From assembly GCA_973895155.1 (NCBI GenBank), contig OZ316892.1, positions 24,561,971 to 24,625,970 on the forward strand: 64,000 nucleotides of DNA, given 5' to 3'. This document shows positions 12,725-25,803 of the stretch, in pieces. Positions within the stretch are counted from its first letter, which is position 1; the number at the start of each line of letters is the position of its first letter. The notes beneath the pieces were generated by a model that was not told the DNA's origin, ran no database searches, and saw only the letters and a list, made by a program, of their open reading frames with translations. The position numbers and the translations under genes are program-made. This stretch comes from Marsupella aquatica. Its lineage: Eukaryota > Plantae > Marchantiophyta.

Positions 12725-14070
12725 AGAAAGAGTCACAATGTAATAAATCTGAGGAGAATATATACCCTTTCTCATTTAACACAAAATTAATGTCCTTAGT
12801 TTAATACAATACAAAATAACAGAGTGAAATGAGCCTGCCGTAAAGGTTAATCTCATTCATTTTGGACCGGTGATTATTTGAATGTGTCTGTACGGAGGCT
12901 TTGCAGGGCATGCATTGCTCAAAGAGTGACAATGTAATAATTATGAGTAGAATAATTATCTCATTAGCATAGAACAATTGTCCTTAGTTGTGTACAAGGC
13001 AAAATAAAGAAGTGGGATGAGCCCCATATAAGGGTTAATCCCATAAATCATGAGCCGCCAATTCTTTGAGTGTTTCCATCCATAGGCTTACATAGTCACT
13101 GTTTGCTTTAAATCAAATAACAAAGAATAATTGTACATTCTCACTAACACAGAATATTTGCCCTTAGGGTCCTTTGCTAAACACAATATGATAAATCTCA
13201 ATCAATCAAATAGCATAGAATAATTGTACTTTCTCACTAACAGAGAATAATTGCCCTTAGGGTCCTTTGCTAACCACAATATAATAAATTCAATCAATCA
13301 AATAACATAGACTGTTGTCCCTTTCTCACTAATAATGGCCATTAGGTTCCTTTGCTAACCACAATATAATAAATCTCAATCAATCAAATAATATAGAATA
13401 ATTGCCCTTAGTTTATATAGCATGTTCATCCTAGAACATGCTTTATTTTTTGTCTTGTAATGATCTGAAAATAAATAAAATATGAGAGCATAGAAGTGCT
13501 CTTATATAAGTAAAGTGTCTGCCAAAGCACAATGACCAAGAAAAGGTACAGTCAAACGATGCTACTATGTGTGCACTTAACTCAGGGTGCCTTATGAATG
13601 ACACTCTTTTCAATAAAAACCATAAACCTAGGAAAGAAAAACATGAAGAGAACTTAATAGGCTATGCATTTATGTTCTTCAGTATCAGTTCTCTCACTCG
13701 TGGTGATGGAATCTTTGGTTTCATCTCTAAGAAAACACATACTGTGAAAGGGGGCTGCCAAAATAAGTTCAAAACACTTTAGAATACCTAAAACTAAAAA
13801 GGTCTAAAAATTAATTAAAAATGTATAGAATACAAAGGTTACCCCTTGATAAGGTAGATTGAAATGAAAATACATGACACAAATATGTGAATAAGACAAA
13901 ATATGAAATGTGCATTCACCATATAGCATAGCAGCTTCAAAATCACTAACACATAATAATTGCCCTTACACAGAATAATTGCCCTTACACAGAATAATTG
14001 CCCTTAGTTCAGTACAGGACAATGTTACGAAACCGGATGAGCTTTATGTAAAGGTTAATAATCTCAATAC
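12725..14070. repeat. Degenerate repeat cluster (ataattgcccttag / ctttgctaaccacaatataataaatctcaatcaatcaaata units)
   Basis: Recurrent units at ~12728, ~12922, 13125-13410 (three tandem copies) and 13955-14070. Confidence 0.65.
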
Positions 14071-14290
14071 ATGACGGACATCACGGACCGTCGATTCTTC
14101 CTCCTTTGGGCTTCCACAACTTTCCCGAACGCTATCTCTTTCTCAGCTCATGAATACGAAGTCCATACATATCACTCACTCTCCTCTCTATCATGCTCCA
14201 AATTCCTGAACTTCTCTACAATCTTATCTGTGAGGCCTCTCGACAGCAGCTCAATCCCAATCCAATTGCCGAAAGCGCCAGCGATCGAGA

Positions 14291-16342
14291 ATGGCGAACG
14301 CGGTCGTTGCCGCGCCTACGTGTGCTTTAGTCGGAGGAGCTCCTCAAACTGCGTCATCGCTTCGCTCCACCACTGCGTCGCCGCCTTCATCGTTGGGTGA
14401 GTAGGACCTCCATAATATTTCAGTGTGTGGTGTGATTTTCTCAACCTGGTTGTCGAAGACGAACTCTCGTTGTCTTTCCTGAACTTAGCTCTGGTGCATT
14501 TGAGTTGCGAATTATTAGTGCCCTCGCGCGTTCCTGCCGATGGTGGACTGCGGTTCTGCTGGGAGCCCGTGAGGTCACGTATGTGGTTTTCCGGAACAAC
14601 TGAGGTCGAGCAGTTACTTGAGAATTTAAGATTTTCGAATCTCATTTCCGAATCCTCTGTAGAGTGTATTGGTCGTATGTCTTAAGCCCTAAATCTCCGC
14701 AATTGTAGTTGCTTTCTCTCTGTTTAAACCCTTTGTTTGATGTGAGTTCCTCTGCACATAGAACTTTAAGAACCTGAGAACAAGTAGTGATAAACTAGAA
14801 AGGCGACGACTTCTAGACCCTGCTGCGGAACAGCTGCGGGAATTCTCCGTGTTTTCTTTTCTTTTTGTGAGGTGACAAATATCTAATGTACTAATGTTGG
14901 ACCTAAAGGACAGAACTCATCAGCTCCTCTCTGAAGTTCAATAAATTTAGGGTTGAAGACTTCGATCACGTTAGGCAACACCTGTAGACACTTTGTTGGA
15001 GATAGTCAACAAATGGGACATCGTTCTGTGAGTTTGTACTTTGGCCGTGGAAATCTCCTAAGACACGCTCTCTGTACATTGAGCTGTTGGCAAGGTCTTA
15101 CTATCTGCTCGTGTGTGGGTCTCCCCTTTCCTGGCACATTCTTTAGAATTTTAAATTCGGTTTAAGTCAACACAATAATTATATGTGAAGTTGGATATTT
15201 TAAATTCTTATGGACTGCTTTCACTATCTCCTGCAGCTTTCCAGAGGTCAACATGGAGGGCCAGTTTGGTATCTTCTAGACGAACAGTAGGAGTTCGTGC
15301 ATTTGCAGTTGATCTGTCAAAGGTTAGTTTTACAGAATTGAAGGTCATTTCTGTCCATCGTCCAGATGGGCGTGGTGGCATCCCATTTGAGGCATGGACG
15401 AGACCGTGAAGTAGAATATGAATTTTTTTCAAACCTTTCTCTCCTATATGAATTTTAGGGTATTCCAAAGCTGGCCAATTCAAGCCATCACCAATCTGAC
15501 TAATACATTTATCTCTTTGCGCAGATCGTTCCCCAAGCTGATAGAATCTTGCTGCGCCTGGACTCGTTGGCTGAGGTTGGTAGCAAGTTTGTGCCTACGG
15601 TTACCCGTTGTCCTGGGAATTCATTTCTTTCACTGTAATTATCATTCTCTTGAGATAAATTGGAACTGACTAGCTGAATTCTGTCATTTCAGCAATCCAC
15701 AGGAGGGGTATTACTTCCGAGGTCAGCTGTAAAATACGATCGGTACCTTGTTGGTGAGGTATGTCATCCTCAACTTAACTACTTGCACCTGTCCTTTACC
15801 CCTATTGTGATTTTGAATTTAGAACGTGTCTCTTGTAGATATGTTTCCTGACTTACCAGATTCTATCGTGGTAGCTGCTTGGTTGACAGCGTGATGCATC
15901 GATTGTGAACTCAGACTTCTACCTGTTATTGTAGGTCCTAGCAACTGGATCTGAGGTTGAGACGATCGAGAAGGGGAGCAGGGTAAGCTGATTCTGTATA
16001 TGAACAAAATAAGCAAACGTTATTTCCATTCTTCTTGAAGTGATTTAATCTATCTGTCTTCGAATTGAGCTGCTTTGGCTGACCTTGGATCTTTGACTAC
16101 TGCAGGTTCTTGTTTCTGACGTCAATGCCTACGAGGTAAATGACGCCTTCAACTCAATCTGACTTGTTTTCATGTGCACTCTTAAGTGTTGGAAATTCGT
16201 TTTTGGTGGATCTTTACGATGGCATGTTTATGTCATACACTTACAATGCTCAACGCTCCCTCCACTGCTACAGGTCAATCTGGGTACTTCGGAAAAGTTA
16301 TGCTTCGCCAGGGCAAGTGATCTGCTCGCAGTTGTGGAGTAA
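14291..16342 (+). CDS. CPN10: Plastid 10-kDa chaperonin (Cpn10/GroES family), 7 exons
   Basis: Exons 14291-14396, 15237-15322, 15525-15575, 15693-15758, 15935-15982, 16106-16135 and 16274-16342, all GT-AG and in frame. They give an Ala/Ser-rich transit peptide plus IVPQADRILLRLDSLAEQSTGGVLLPRSAVKYDRYLVGEVLATG...DLLAVVE*. Confidence 0.93.
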
Positions 16343-18202
16343 GGACCCAAATGCCGAAGGCAATTTTGTGAGGCTATTGTCAGGCTAGATACCTATGAGG
16401 TCTATGTATGAGTGATGGATCGAAATTTAGCATCATTTGCAGCACACATGTGTGCTCATATCTTGAAAATCCATTAAATTGTACCAGATAAAATAAATTT
16501 GTATTTTTGAATTTGTCTGCCATGAGCGACAAGGTTGTTTGTAGCGACTGCTTTCACTATAGACCAACTGCACCAAATTTTTTGTACTTGCCCCAATACG
16601 GAGAATTTTACATATTGGGGCGAGTCTTGTCTCTTGACTTCTATGTCCTCTGGATGTCCATACGAATGGCATGATTATTTTTGGTGTGTTTGAAACATTG
16701 GTGGAGGCTTCACCGAATGCAGTGAGTCCAGAGGACTTTATGGTTCATGACATTGGTTGGCCCGCCTCCCTTTCATAGAAACCCATTTCTCTGCTCGCTC
16801 GCTCTTGTTTCCAAATCCTCTATCCATCCCCCAAAAAACATCTGAGTCGGCCTCTTGGTCAGCAGTATCCTAAGCAATTTCGCTCTTTACTCGTCTGTAC
16901 TTGCAGAGGTCAGAAATACACCATCCTTAACAGTTCCGCTCTCCACTGGTCTATAGTAGCAGAGCGTCTTATGTGGAAATTCAGAGACCTTGATTGACCT
17001 GTTGTGCTGTGAAATTGCCGAAATCTGACTACCACTCGAGCAATGCACACCAAATTCGAGTCGTTGACAGGCGGGAAGATACTTGCACTCCAACTGTTGC
17101 TACATTAGCAGCAACGTTTTTGTGAGAGCCAAACTTTCGTTGCAACTCGCCAAGTGAAACCAGGTGCTGTCAAGGTTCATGCAAGTGCCATGGAGATTGC
17201 TCTGCAGTCTGCAGCTGGGGACAGCTCAAACTGCAAGAGGCCAGCAACAATAGCGGGCTACCAAACCTGGGACCCCAAAAGCCAATACGCACTTGATTTT
17301 GCCATCTAACTACCATGAGGAAGATGCTGATAGCACACTCACCTAAATAATCTTTGCACCCATTGCGAAAAACTGCATGCCTTGTTTTCCTTATCACTCA
17401 CCTAACCATAGTATGAACTAACCATGGACATGAACTCCCTAGTTACAAGTTATGGGCACACAAAGTTATGCACTACAAAATTCATTGTCCATAATTGTTT
17501 GCAACAAAGATTGGTCAAATGCCATAACAGTTAGTCAGTGTAGAGGCTAGTGTCAAAAAACAAAAAACCCTTTTCCCCCTGCTTTTCCAGAACCTTGTGA
17601 AAAATTTATGACCATTAGTTTATGGTTGGATATTATCATCCTTAATTTTGAAGCTTTGAGACTTACTATTGTTAGAAATTGGCACCACTTGCAGCATTCT
17701 TAGAACTCACCTAAATTTTACACACATTATTGTCCTCGGCGTTTCCTTAATTCTAGCCTGATTACCTTGCACATGCTGCAGCATTCATTGCACTCGCCAA
17801 AATTTTTACACACATTATTGTCTACAGATATTATTGTACATGAGTGTACTTGATACTAGCCTGATTACCCCTTCCTTAACTCAAACACATATGAGGAGGG
17901 GAGGATAAAAAACCTTGCAAAAAGAAAGATTATCCCTTATTTTATGTTCATCTTCACCCCCATCCCTATTTTTTGTCTGTACCTTCACTTTCAGTTATGC
18001 CATCACTTAGAGTTATGATCTAGTATTCACTTTAGACACTAGCCCAAGAAGTAATTTTCCATAGTTCTTTATTAGTTAATTTTATGGAGGATCAGTGGTC
18101 TTTGCGCTAGGCAACTTGAGTCAAAGCTCCCAGACAAAGTGTTTTTGTGACCAATCCTGAAATATATATAAGTATTTAAGTTAATTGGAAACTATGTATA
18201 TC

Positions 18203-18275
18203 GGGGATGTAGCTCACATGGTAGAGCGATCGCTTTGCATGCGATAGGCACGGGGATCGATACCCCGCATCTCCA
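18203..18275 (+). tRNA. tRNA-Ala, anticodon UGC
   Basis: GGGGATGTAGCTCACATGGTAGAGCGATCGCTTTGCATGCGATAGGCACGGGGATCGATACCCCGCATCTCCA folds as a cloverleaf with the G3:U70 alanine identity pair and A73. A T5 Pol III terminator lies at 18284-18288. Confidence 0.95.
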
Positions 18276-19431
18276 CACTGTTCTTTTTCCAATGTCACAA
18301 ACGCTGTTGCGGCCCAGCATGTACTTTTTCCAATTTCACCATGCTTCGACCCAACTAGAACTTTCAGCTTTTTTGTGTCTTTGGAGCGACTTCGCTAGAC
18401 TTCGTGACTCAACTCGATTATGGACGAGAACGGGAGCTGAATCCTCCCATCCTGAAGCTGCTCATTCTCCTTGTGCATCACCCACCACCAGCGTACGTTT
18501 TCCTCTGGCTTTTGTGACTGGGTGATTATCATCAGTCTACCGCTTTTGCAGAGTCAGGTCTGCAGAATTGGAACTCAATTGTATTGTTTGCAATTTGATT
18601 GTCTCTCTCGCTCGTGTCGACCCAGTATGGCAGACGCAGACGGGATCCCAATCGTTCTCCCCCGGTTTTGTTTTTACAAGTAACGTGTATTGGTTTGTGA
18701 GGTTATTGCATTTCTTCTTTGAACGATTCAATAAATGTCTCGTCCCCTGAGGTTTATCTGTGGAAATTTGAGTCCGTTTCACTCAATCATTTTATAGTCA
18801 GCCCTTCCTCTCTTCATTTTTTTTGCCACTGCGAACAATTTGGTCCGACAAGTGATCGGTATTTCTTGCCGGTGGGCTTCTTGTCGGCTGTGTGCTCTTT
18901 GCTCCATGTTCCTCCTGTCACCGGCAATACCTTCGCACTTAGATTTCGTCTGTGTGCATGTATGTGTATTTCTCTCTAATTTTTGAAAATTCATTTCTTA
19001 CTGGCAATGTCGTCATCTTATTTGTCTCTTGCACTTGCTCCAATCGGGGATATTTGAACTTTAACGTCAATTCATTTATGTCTCTCTCTCTTGTCCCAAT
19101 GATCTCTTGTCCCAATGAAATTATTTTCTTATCTTTTTATTTTATTTTATTTCTGGCACTTTGGCCATCTTGGCCTTCTATCCCTTCCTCAATTCGAGCA
19201 CTGTGGACTTTATACCACGGCTTGGGAATGATAGTCAGGAGACGTGTTGAACTGTTTTACCATGGCACCATGGAAGCCTGGTCGGCAAAACCTTGTCTCG
19301 ACGTGAAACTAAGAGTAACTCAATAAATTCTCCCGTTTTGTTGAAGGCTGGAACTAATTATGGTATTTGAATAATTCTGATTGGAAGGGCTTTGGATGTG
19401 CGGATGCAGGTGATCCATTCTCACCTGGAAT

Positions 19432-22400
19432 ATGTCAAGTGTACTGCTGAGGCCTAGCTTGGGAAAATTGCAAACGTATCCGATGTTTACGTCATCTTGT
19501 CTCCTTCCAAGAGTTCCAGTCGGGTCACTTAGGGAACCGGGGTTTCTGAGAATTAAAGACTTGGGGGCTTTAAATTGGAGCTCTTCATCTAATTATGTTT
19601 CCATTACGCAGTTTTTGAATAGCTCATCACCACTGTCTAGACCAGGAGCAGCCCATTTACATTCATTTGGAGGGTCTGATCGGAGGGAAATACTTTCTTT
19701 TGCGAAAATCTCTCAATCCTTTACCCAGAAGCGAGGAAAAATCATGGCATCACTTGGAGTCTTGCCTGCCAACCAGGTAGCTAATTTCGCTCTATCCTGC
19801 TTGATTTGCATTTTCGCTTCTTGTTCTCTGAGCTCTCCAGGTCAGTGGAGAAATTAATTTGACCATTTGAGGACAAATTCTGCTTGGATCTTTTGCCATC
19901 TTTATTTTTGCTCTCCTTTGTCCCAATTGGGGATCTGCTGAATTCAAGCTTAAATGATCGTTCCATTCAACTTATTCGGTCTAATTGCTACAAACGCATC
20001 TGTGACGGTATCTGGCAAGAAGGAAGTTTGACATATCTCTGGAGGATTGCAATTTCCATCCCACGAGGGTATTCTTATGTCATATGTAGAGATGACACCT
20101 GAGAATGAATCTAAACACCCCCAATTCGAACATACGCACAATTGCGTAGCTTCAATCTTAACGCAAATCTTTATGATGGTTTGTGCTCAATTATCATTTG
20201 GGCTCAGTTCTCATCTCAGCTCACTGCTGAAGAAGTTGCTAACACCAAAAATACCTTGATCACAGATATGAATTTGATTGTGAGTCGGCTTGCTTCGTAG
20301 TATATGTAACGTGCTCTTTCTTGGGAAACTTTCAACCTCTGAAATTATTTTAAAGTCGTCAAACTGGGTAAAATCGAGGGCTTCGAGCTGGCTGGCATCT
20401 CTGACAATGTGCTTTTAAACAATTGCTTGATGTTAGGATTCAAATTATTGTACGGTCGGTAAGAATTATCCCGACATGTGTGCTGCTCTGACAATGCAGG
20501 ACGAGGTTCCATTGTTGCGTAAACTGTTGGCAGGCGTGGTGAGACCTTACCTGAAAAAGAATCCCACGGCTTCAGCTGCACTCGAGCTTATCCGGAAGCA
20601 GGACAACGGTCCCATTTGCTACGACCATTTTGCGTTTCGCACTTTTGGGGTTACCTTACAACCTTTCCTCTTTTTCAATCTCGTTTCTTTTCTTTTCTGG
20701 GTATTCTTTCCTCTAAAGGCATACTCAGACAGTGGATGCTGAAGACAGATGCAATAGGGTTGCGCCGGTCTATTGTCCTTTACATGCTCTCAGTTGTTCT
20801 ACTGCTGAATCAAGAACTAGTGGCATTGAAGGAGTCAGTTGTTAATTGTAGAGCTTGTGGGGTAATTCATACAAGTTAGAATAGCGTATCAGAGTGGCAG
20901 CTTTCTCTTCTCAGTGAGGCCCAACATCAAACTTTGTCCTGCAGTCTGAATTCTGTTTGAGCTGAACTGCAAGGTAGTTCCATACTGCAGATAAAAGATG
21001 TCACATAATCCGTGATTGCTAGGGTGGTATGTGGGGGCTTGTCCTCGTAATTAATGGGAGGTATTGCAACATCCTGTTCCTCCAATTCTAACCTGTCATG
21101 GGGTTTGCATTGTCCATACTCTTTCGGGACGAATGCTGACATCATGAAATCCACCCGGAATTTGCTCAACAGACAGATGGATGCGGAATAGACACCATTG
21201 CACAAGTTTTTCTTGATTTGGGTTACAGTACACGTGATGAGCTTCGCTTTCCTGGCAAAAAGCTGCGTGCTCTATGGTTTTCTCCACCAGAGGACACCTA
21301 TGATGTGGAGGGACAGCTGGAAAATGGGCCGCTTCCACGCATCTTTATCTCAGAGATTCTAGTCGATCAGCTGACTGAAAAATGTCAGGTCTGCTTTTAA
21401 TTGTCAATTGGACGAGCTTGTGCTTATTTGCCATAGATGTTTGGGGCCGGCCCACAGTTCTTACCTAGTAAGTCTTCATTAATTTTTGTGTTACAGTGTG
21501 TTCAGTATTGAAACCGAAAATCTCCTATTCTGGTTACGTCTGTTGCGAGGAAAGGTGATGGAGTGGCTTGTTTATAGCGTCTAGATTTCGGAAGAGAGAT
21601 TTGGTCTTGAAAATTTTGCTCTGCAATAAGCCTAAATTCCAGTCACTATTTGGCGTTGGATCAGCAAGTCATTCACAAGTACACCAAAGTGGGAGGCCTT
21701 CTCGCAAAACATGCACCCACGGCGAGTTTACTTGATACATTGACTTGGCCTACACCGTCTCTGGCTGACTATCAACAGTTGGCAAGGTGACTTTCTCCAT
21801 CTTACTCTTCACTCGATGGTTAGTTGCTTCATTAAGTTTCAGGTCAAATCTATCTACAGATCGTGAACTTTGTATGATGAGACAAATCATCTGGCCAATG
21901 CGAAGTTCTAGAAATGCTAAATTTGTTATTGGCATGCTTGCCTGTGCACGTGCTGCAGTGAAAGCGAGTATGCAGCATGGACATTAGTGCATGGTTATGC
22001 TCTGAATCATGCAACCGTTTCAGTCCATCGCTTGCACAAACTGCGAAGTATTAATCAGCTCAACCAATTCCTTCAAGATCAGAGCATCAAGCTCAACTCA
22101 GAGGGAGGCATTTTAAAAGGTGCGTTTTGCTTCACTTCATTGTTTTATCTCTAGATTTTCAGGTGTAATTTTTAGTCATGGGTTCTAAGGATGTTTCACT
22201 TTCTGGCGTTCAGTTAGCCCTGATGGTGGTCTGCTGCAAAGCTCGTCAGTAGCAGACTCTCTTGAATATGCCTTCGCTGATTTTGAAGTCAGTAGAGTTC
22301 CCGCCTCGTACATTGAGTTTGCGGAGCGGCTTGTATTACCAGTCTATTCTGGTCTGAAGGCTGATGAGGTAAGTCCATCAGAGTAATCTTCTTAAGCACA

Positions 22401-22927
22401 ACTTTGCTTTTCATGGCATCCAGGTGATCCCTATAGAAGAATAATTAAAATTTTAGGACCATTGCTCTCTGTGCCGCCTCAAAAATTTCGTCCTTTTGAT
22501 GCTATGAACGTATCATTTAGTGTAAGGTTTTCATGTGTTACTTCTTGTGGAATGTGACCGGCAGTGTTAATTGGCCTGGTACCAGTCTTGTAAGACGATC
22601 TTCACTGTGAAAATGGCTAGGAGTAGCTGTTAATTTGATTGCAGTGAGGTTTGACTATGTTTTCTTGGATCTTCTTTACTATAGTTCCTCCTAGTCAAGT
22701 TCAAGTTTATTCTGGTCTCCCAGTCCATCATTTGCTGGAGAAACCGGCATCTCGAGCACCACATTATCAGCATTGTACAACAGAAAGCTTGATGGTTTCT
22801 CAGCTCATGGAGTATGTGGGTCACGCAGATTTTGGAGCGGCACAGACGGGATGGCTTTGAAGTGGGCAACGCTGACAAAATCTTTGAGAGCACATCCTCC
22901 GGTCAGACAGGAGTTCAAAGAGTTTGA
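19432..22927 (+). CDS. HGLS: 2-oxoadipate dioxygenase/decarboxylase (hydroxyglutarate synthase, DUF1338; FLO7 homolog), organelle-targeted
   Basis: Spliced exons encode a transit-peptide-like N-terminus, YDHFAFRTFG, LRFPGKKLRALWFSPP, GPLPRIFISE, ESEYAAWTLVHGYALNHATVSVHRL, SPDGGLLQSS, SYIEFAER and HRRDGFEVGNADKIFEST. Stop at 22925-22927. Confidence 0.92.
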
Positions 22928-23921
22928 AGTAACTCGAAATGCACAAGTGACGCAAAGGCTTCAGTTAGAAATAACTTGTCATCCATTGAAGGGGGAAAAA
23001 TACTGTTCACCTCTCTCTAGTTATTTCTTCTTGCAATTGACTTGGAGCAAGCTTTTCTCTCCACTTATAGGTGAATTACTCATGATGTACAGATACACAT
23101 AATTTGTATATATCTCTGACTTCTGAAGTGTTGAACCACTAGTCTGATTACCCCTTCCTTGAACATAAATAGAGATGAAGACCAAAAAAAATCTTGTTAA
23201 AAAAAAAAGAATTCTATACTCCCATTCGTCTTTGCCCCATCCCTGATTTTTGTCCATCCTCATTTTCAGTTTTGTCCTTATTTTGAGTCATAGTCAGTTT
23301 TGTCTTCATTGAGAGTATCAGCCTAGAGGCTTCACTCTACACTGTAGCCCTGGAAAGTAGCTTTGCATCGGGCTTTATTATAAGACAAGCCCAAATACTT
23401 ATTCTTTGAAAGTGAATAGAGGTGAGGACAAAAAAGTGCATCTCCCATGCATTTGCAATGTCACCACCTCTATCACGCCGCTCCATCACTAGCTCCCTAG
23501 CACCAGCTACTCCCCCAATGTCAATACCGACTGGTTGCCCGTTCAGCTACTTGAATTGCATTCAATCTATAGTCACTGTGCACACTTACCCCAACACCCC
23601 CTTGTCATTTTCCACCCACACCCCAAGTTTTGGTCACTTTAGACCTCAAGAGTAGGTTTCCATTGCAATTTACTAGTAAGTAGCTCTATCTGTTGTTCTA
23701 TGTTACCTCCAATTATAAAACTGTAGATGTTGCCATGGAGGCTTGAAGGGAGTCCTTGCAATGGATGTCGTCAAGAAGTGGATCCGAGTTTTCAGTTTTG
23801 TCTTGAAATATGGTGGATCCGAGTTTTCAGTTTTGTCTTGAAATATGATTGCCATTTTGGCCGATGGAGTTCCTATTTTTGACAAGCTCTAGGGCAGGCA
23901 AGCATGCACAAACAAAAGTAT

Positions 23922-24208
23922 TGTGAAGTAATACCAAAAAACTTGTAGTTGCACAAGTTGACATTGCTTGGTTACGGTTAGGTGTGTTATTATGATATTC
24001 TTAGCAGGACTTAGTTAATGAGTGGTGTTAGACTCATTATTATAGAGTTAGGTGGGGATAGAAAGAGCTTGTTTGTGGAGACTTGGTATAATAAACAAGC
24101 TTAGAATTCTGTAAATTTTTCTTGTGTGTTCCTGTGGACGTAGCCTCTGGTAAGGTGAACCCCGTATCTCATATGTAAATTACTTGTGTGTTAGTTTGAT
24201 GTTGCACA
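23922..24208 (+). mobile_element. Possible degenerate solo LTR (Copia-like)
   Basis: TGTG...CACA ends, with gtggacgtagcc...ggtgaaccccgta resembling plant Copia U5 sequence. TSD matches only 3/5. Confidence 0.4.
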
Positions 24209-25049
24209 TGTACATGGTGTCTTATGAGTATTGGCCATTTACTCAACTCATGAGTGCACATATTTGTCACAAAAAGGTAGACAGTGGATGTCCAAGTGTG
24301 GCTAGCCCCAAACCTAAACAGAGTCCAATGGGTTCCACCTAGAGTCGACACTTTAGTTTGGCAACCTCCAGATGTCATGTGTAGTTTCATGTATTAGGGC
24401 GTCTCAAAGCTTCATAGTTACCATGATGGCTTTTGGCCATAAACAACTGACCATAGCTTTTCCTAGCCTCTACAGCGAATTATTGTCATGGCATATAACT
24501 AATCCTTATGGCAAAAAGTCATGGATCATGAATTTGGTAGTCCACACTTTTTTCTCTTTAAACCTAACTATTAAGTTAAGATCCATCAAGACTTTGAGGT
24601 TTGAGACCCCCTATTGTGTTGAGAAGTGAAAATGTTTGAGGATAAATCACAATGCTCAAGTCTATCATGACAGAAGTGGCACCTGAACCCGTTCAAGATT
24701 TTTCAGGGACAATTGAAGCTTGAATTGAAGAACAGGTGAGCAGCTCACTTATCAGCCTTGTGATGACTGGAGAAAAAATATTTCGTACCCTTCTCAGCTA
24801 GCACTCTTTAATTTATTTATGATCAAAATTTTCCTTTAAAAACTGTGGCCCTTTAATACAACAAATTAAGTGACAGATTTTCTCCCCTCATCTGCCAAAT
24901 ATATCACTCCCTGTATGAGCCGCTCACCAGATCTAATGGTCCTCCTTGAATCTAGGAAAATGTTACTATTCAGGAGCATCTGTAAGTAGACTATAGAGAT
25001 GAAAACTTTATATTACTTTGCCACGAAAGATGTTTGAACAGACAATATA

Positions 25050-25161
25050 TTGCCATTGTTTTTATTGTATTTGCAAATATGCCACAGTTTTTGTTTTTAT
25101 TGTATTGTCAAATATGCCACAGTTTTTGTTTTCATTGTATTTTCAAATATGCCACAGTTTT
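25050..25161. repeat. ~36-bp tandem repeat, 3 copies
   Basis: The unit attgtatt..caaatatgccacagtttt is repeated. Confidence 0.8.
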
Positions 25162-25803
25162 GCTACATGGACACGTGCACCAAGGATGAGTATGTAGAAA
25201 AAAAAAGTGACATATTTGTGAATGAGTAATATCAATAAAAAACATCATTAGCAACAATGCAATCAATAACTGCAAAATAGAATTTACCTCTCCTTCAAAA
25301 AGGGAGTAATATTATCCCCACTACCCACATGGGGTTGAGATAGTATCGACACCATAGCCATAGGCAGAGTAGAATGAAATTCAGAAATATATGAATGAAT
25401 GAATGAATATGTCAATTGAGAAGCAATTGTTTATGTACATATGTGTTTTCTGATTATCATGTGTGATTGATATAAGTATGATATAGACTAGTCCACTAGG
25501 GTCATAATTCACAGGGGACATTGTTGACGCCCCTTTTTCTGCTGGAGTGGGAGAACTCTTGACCCCCTTACCCACATGGAACCTTGTCGATGCCCCCATG
25601 GAACAAGCTTAGCTTCAGAGCTCTTGTGATGTTCCCGAGCTCAAAATCATATGGGCGCCCAATTCAACACAAACTGCCTGACCCACCTGCACACATACTC
25701 GAGTGTACAGAAGGTTGTCTTCCTGTAGAGAAATTGAGCTGACAATTGATCATCGAGACGAGTCTGAGAGGGGATTTGCAAGAAAAGTTGTGACCTGCAG
25801 TGA

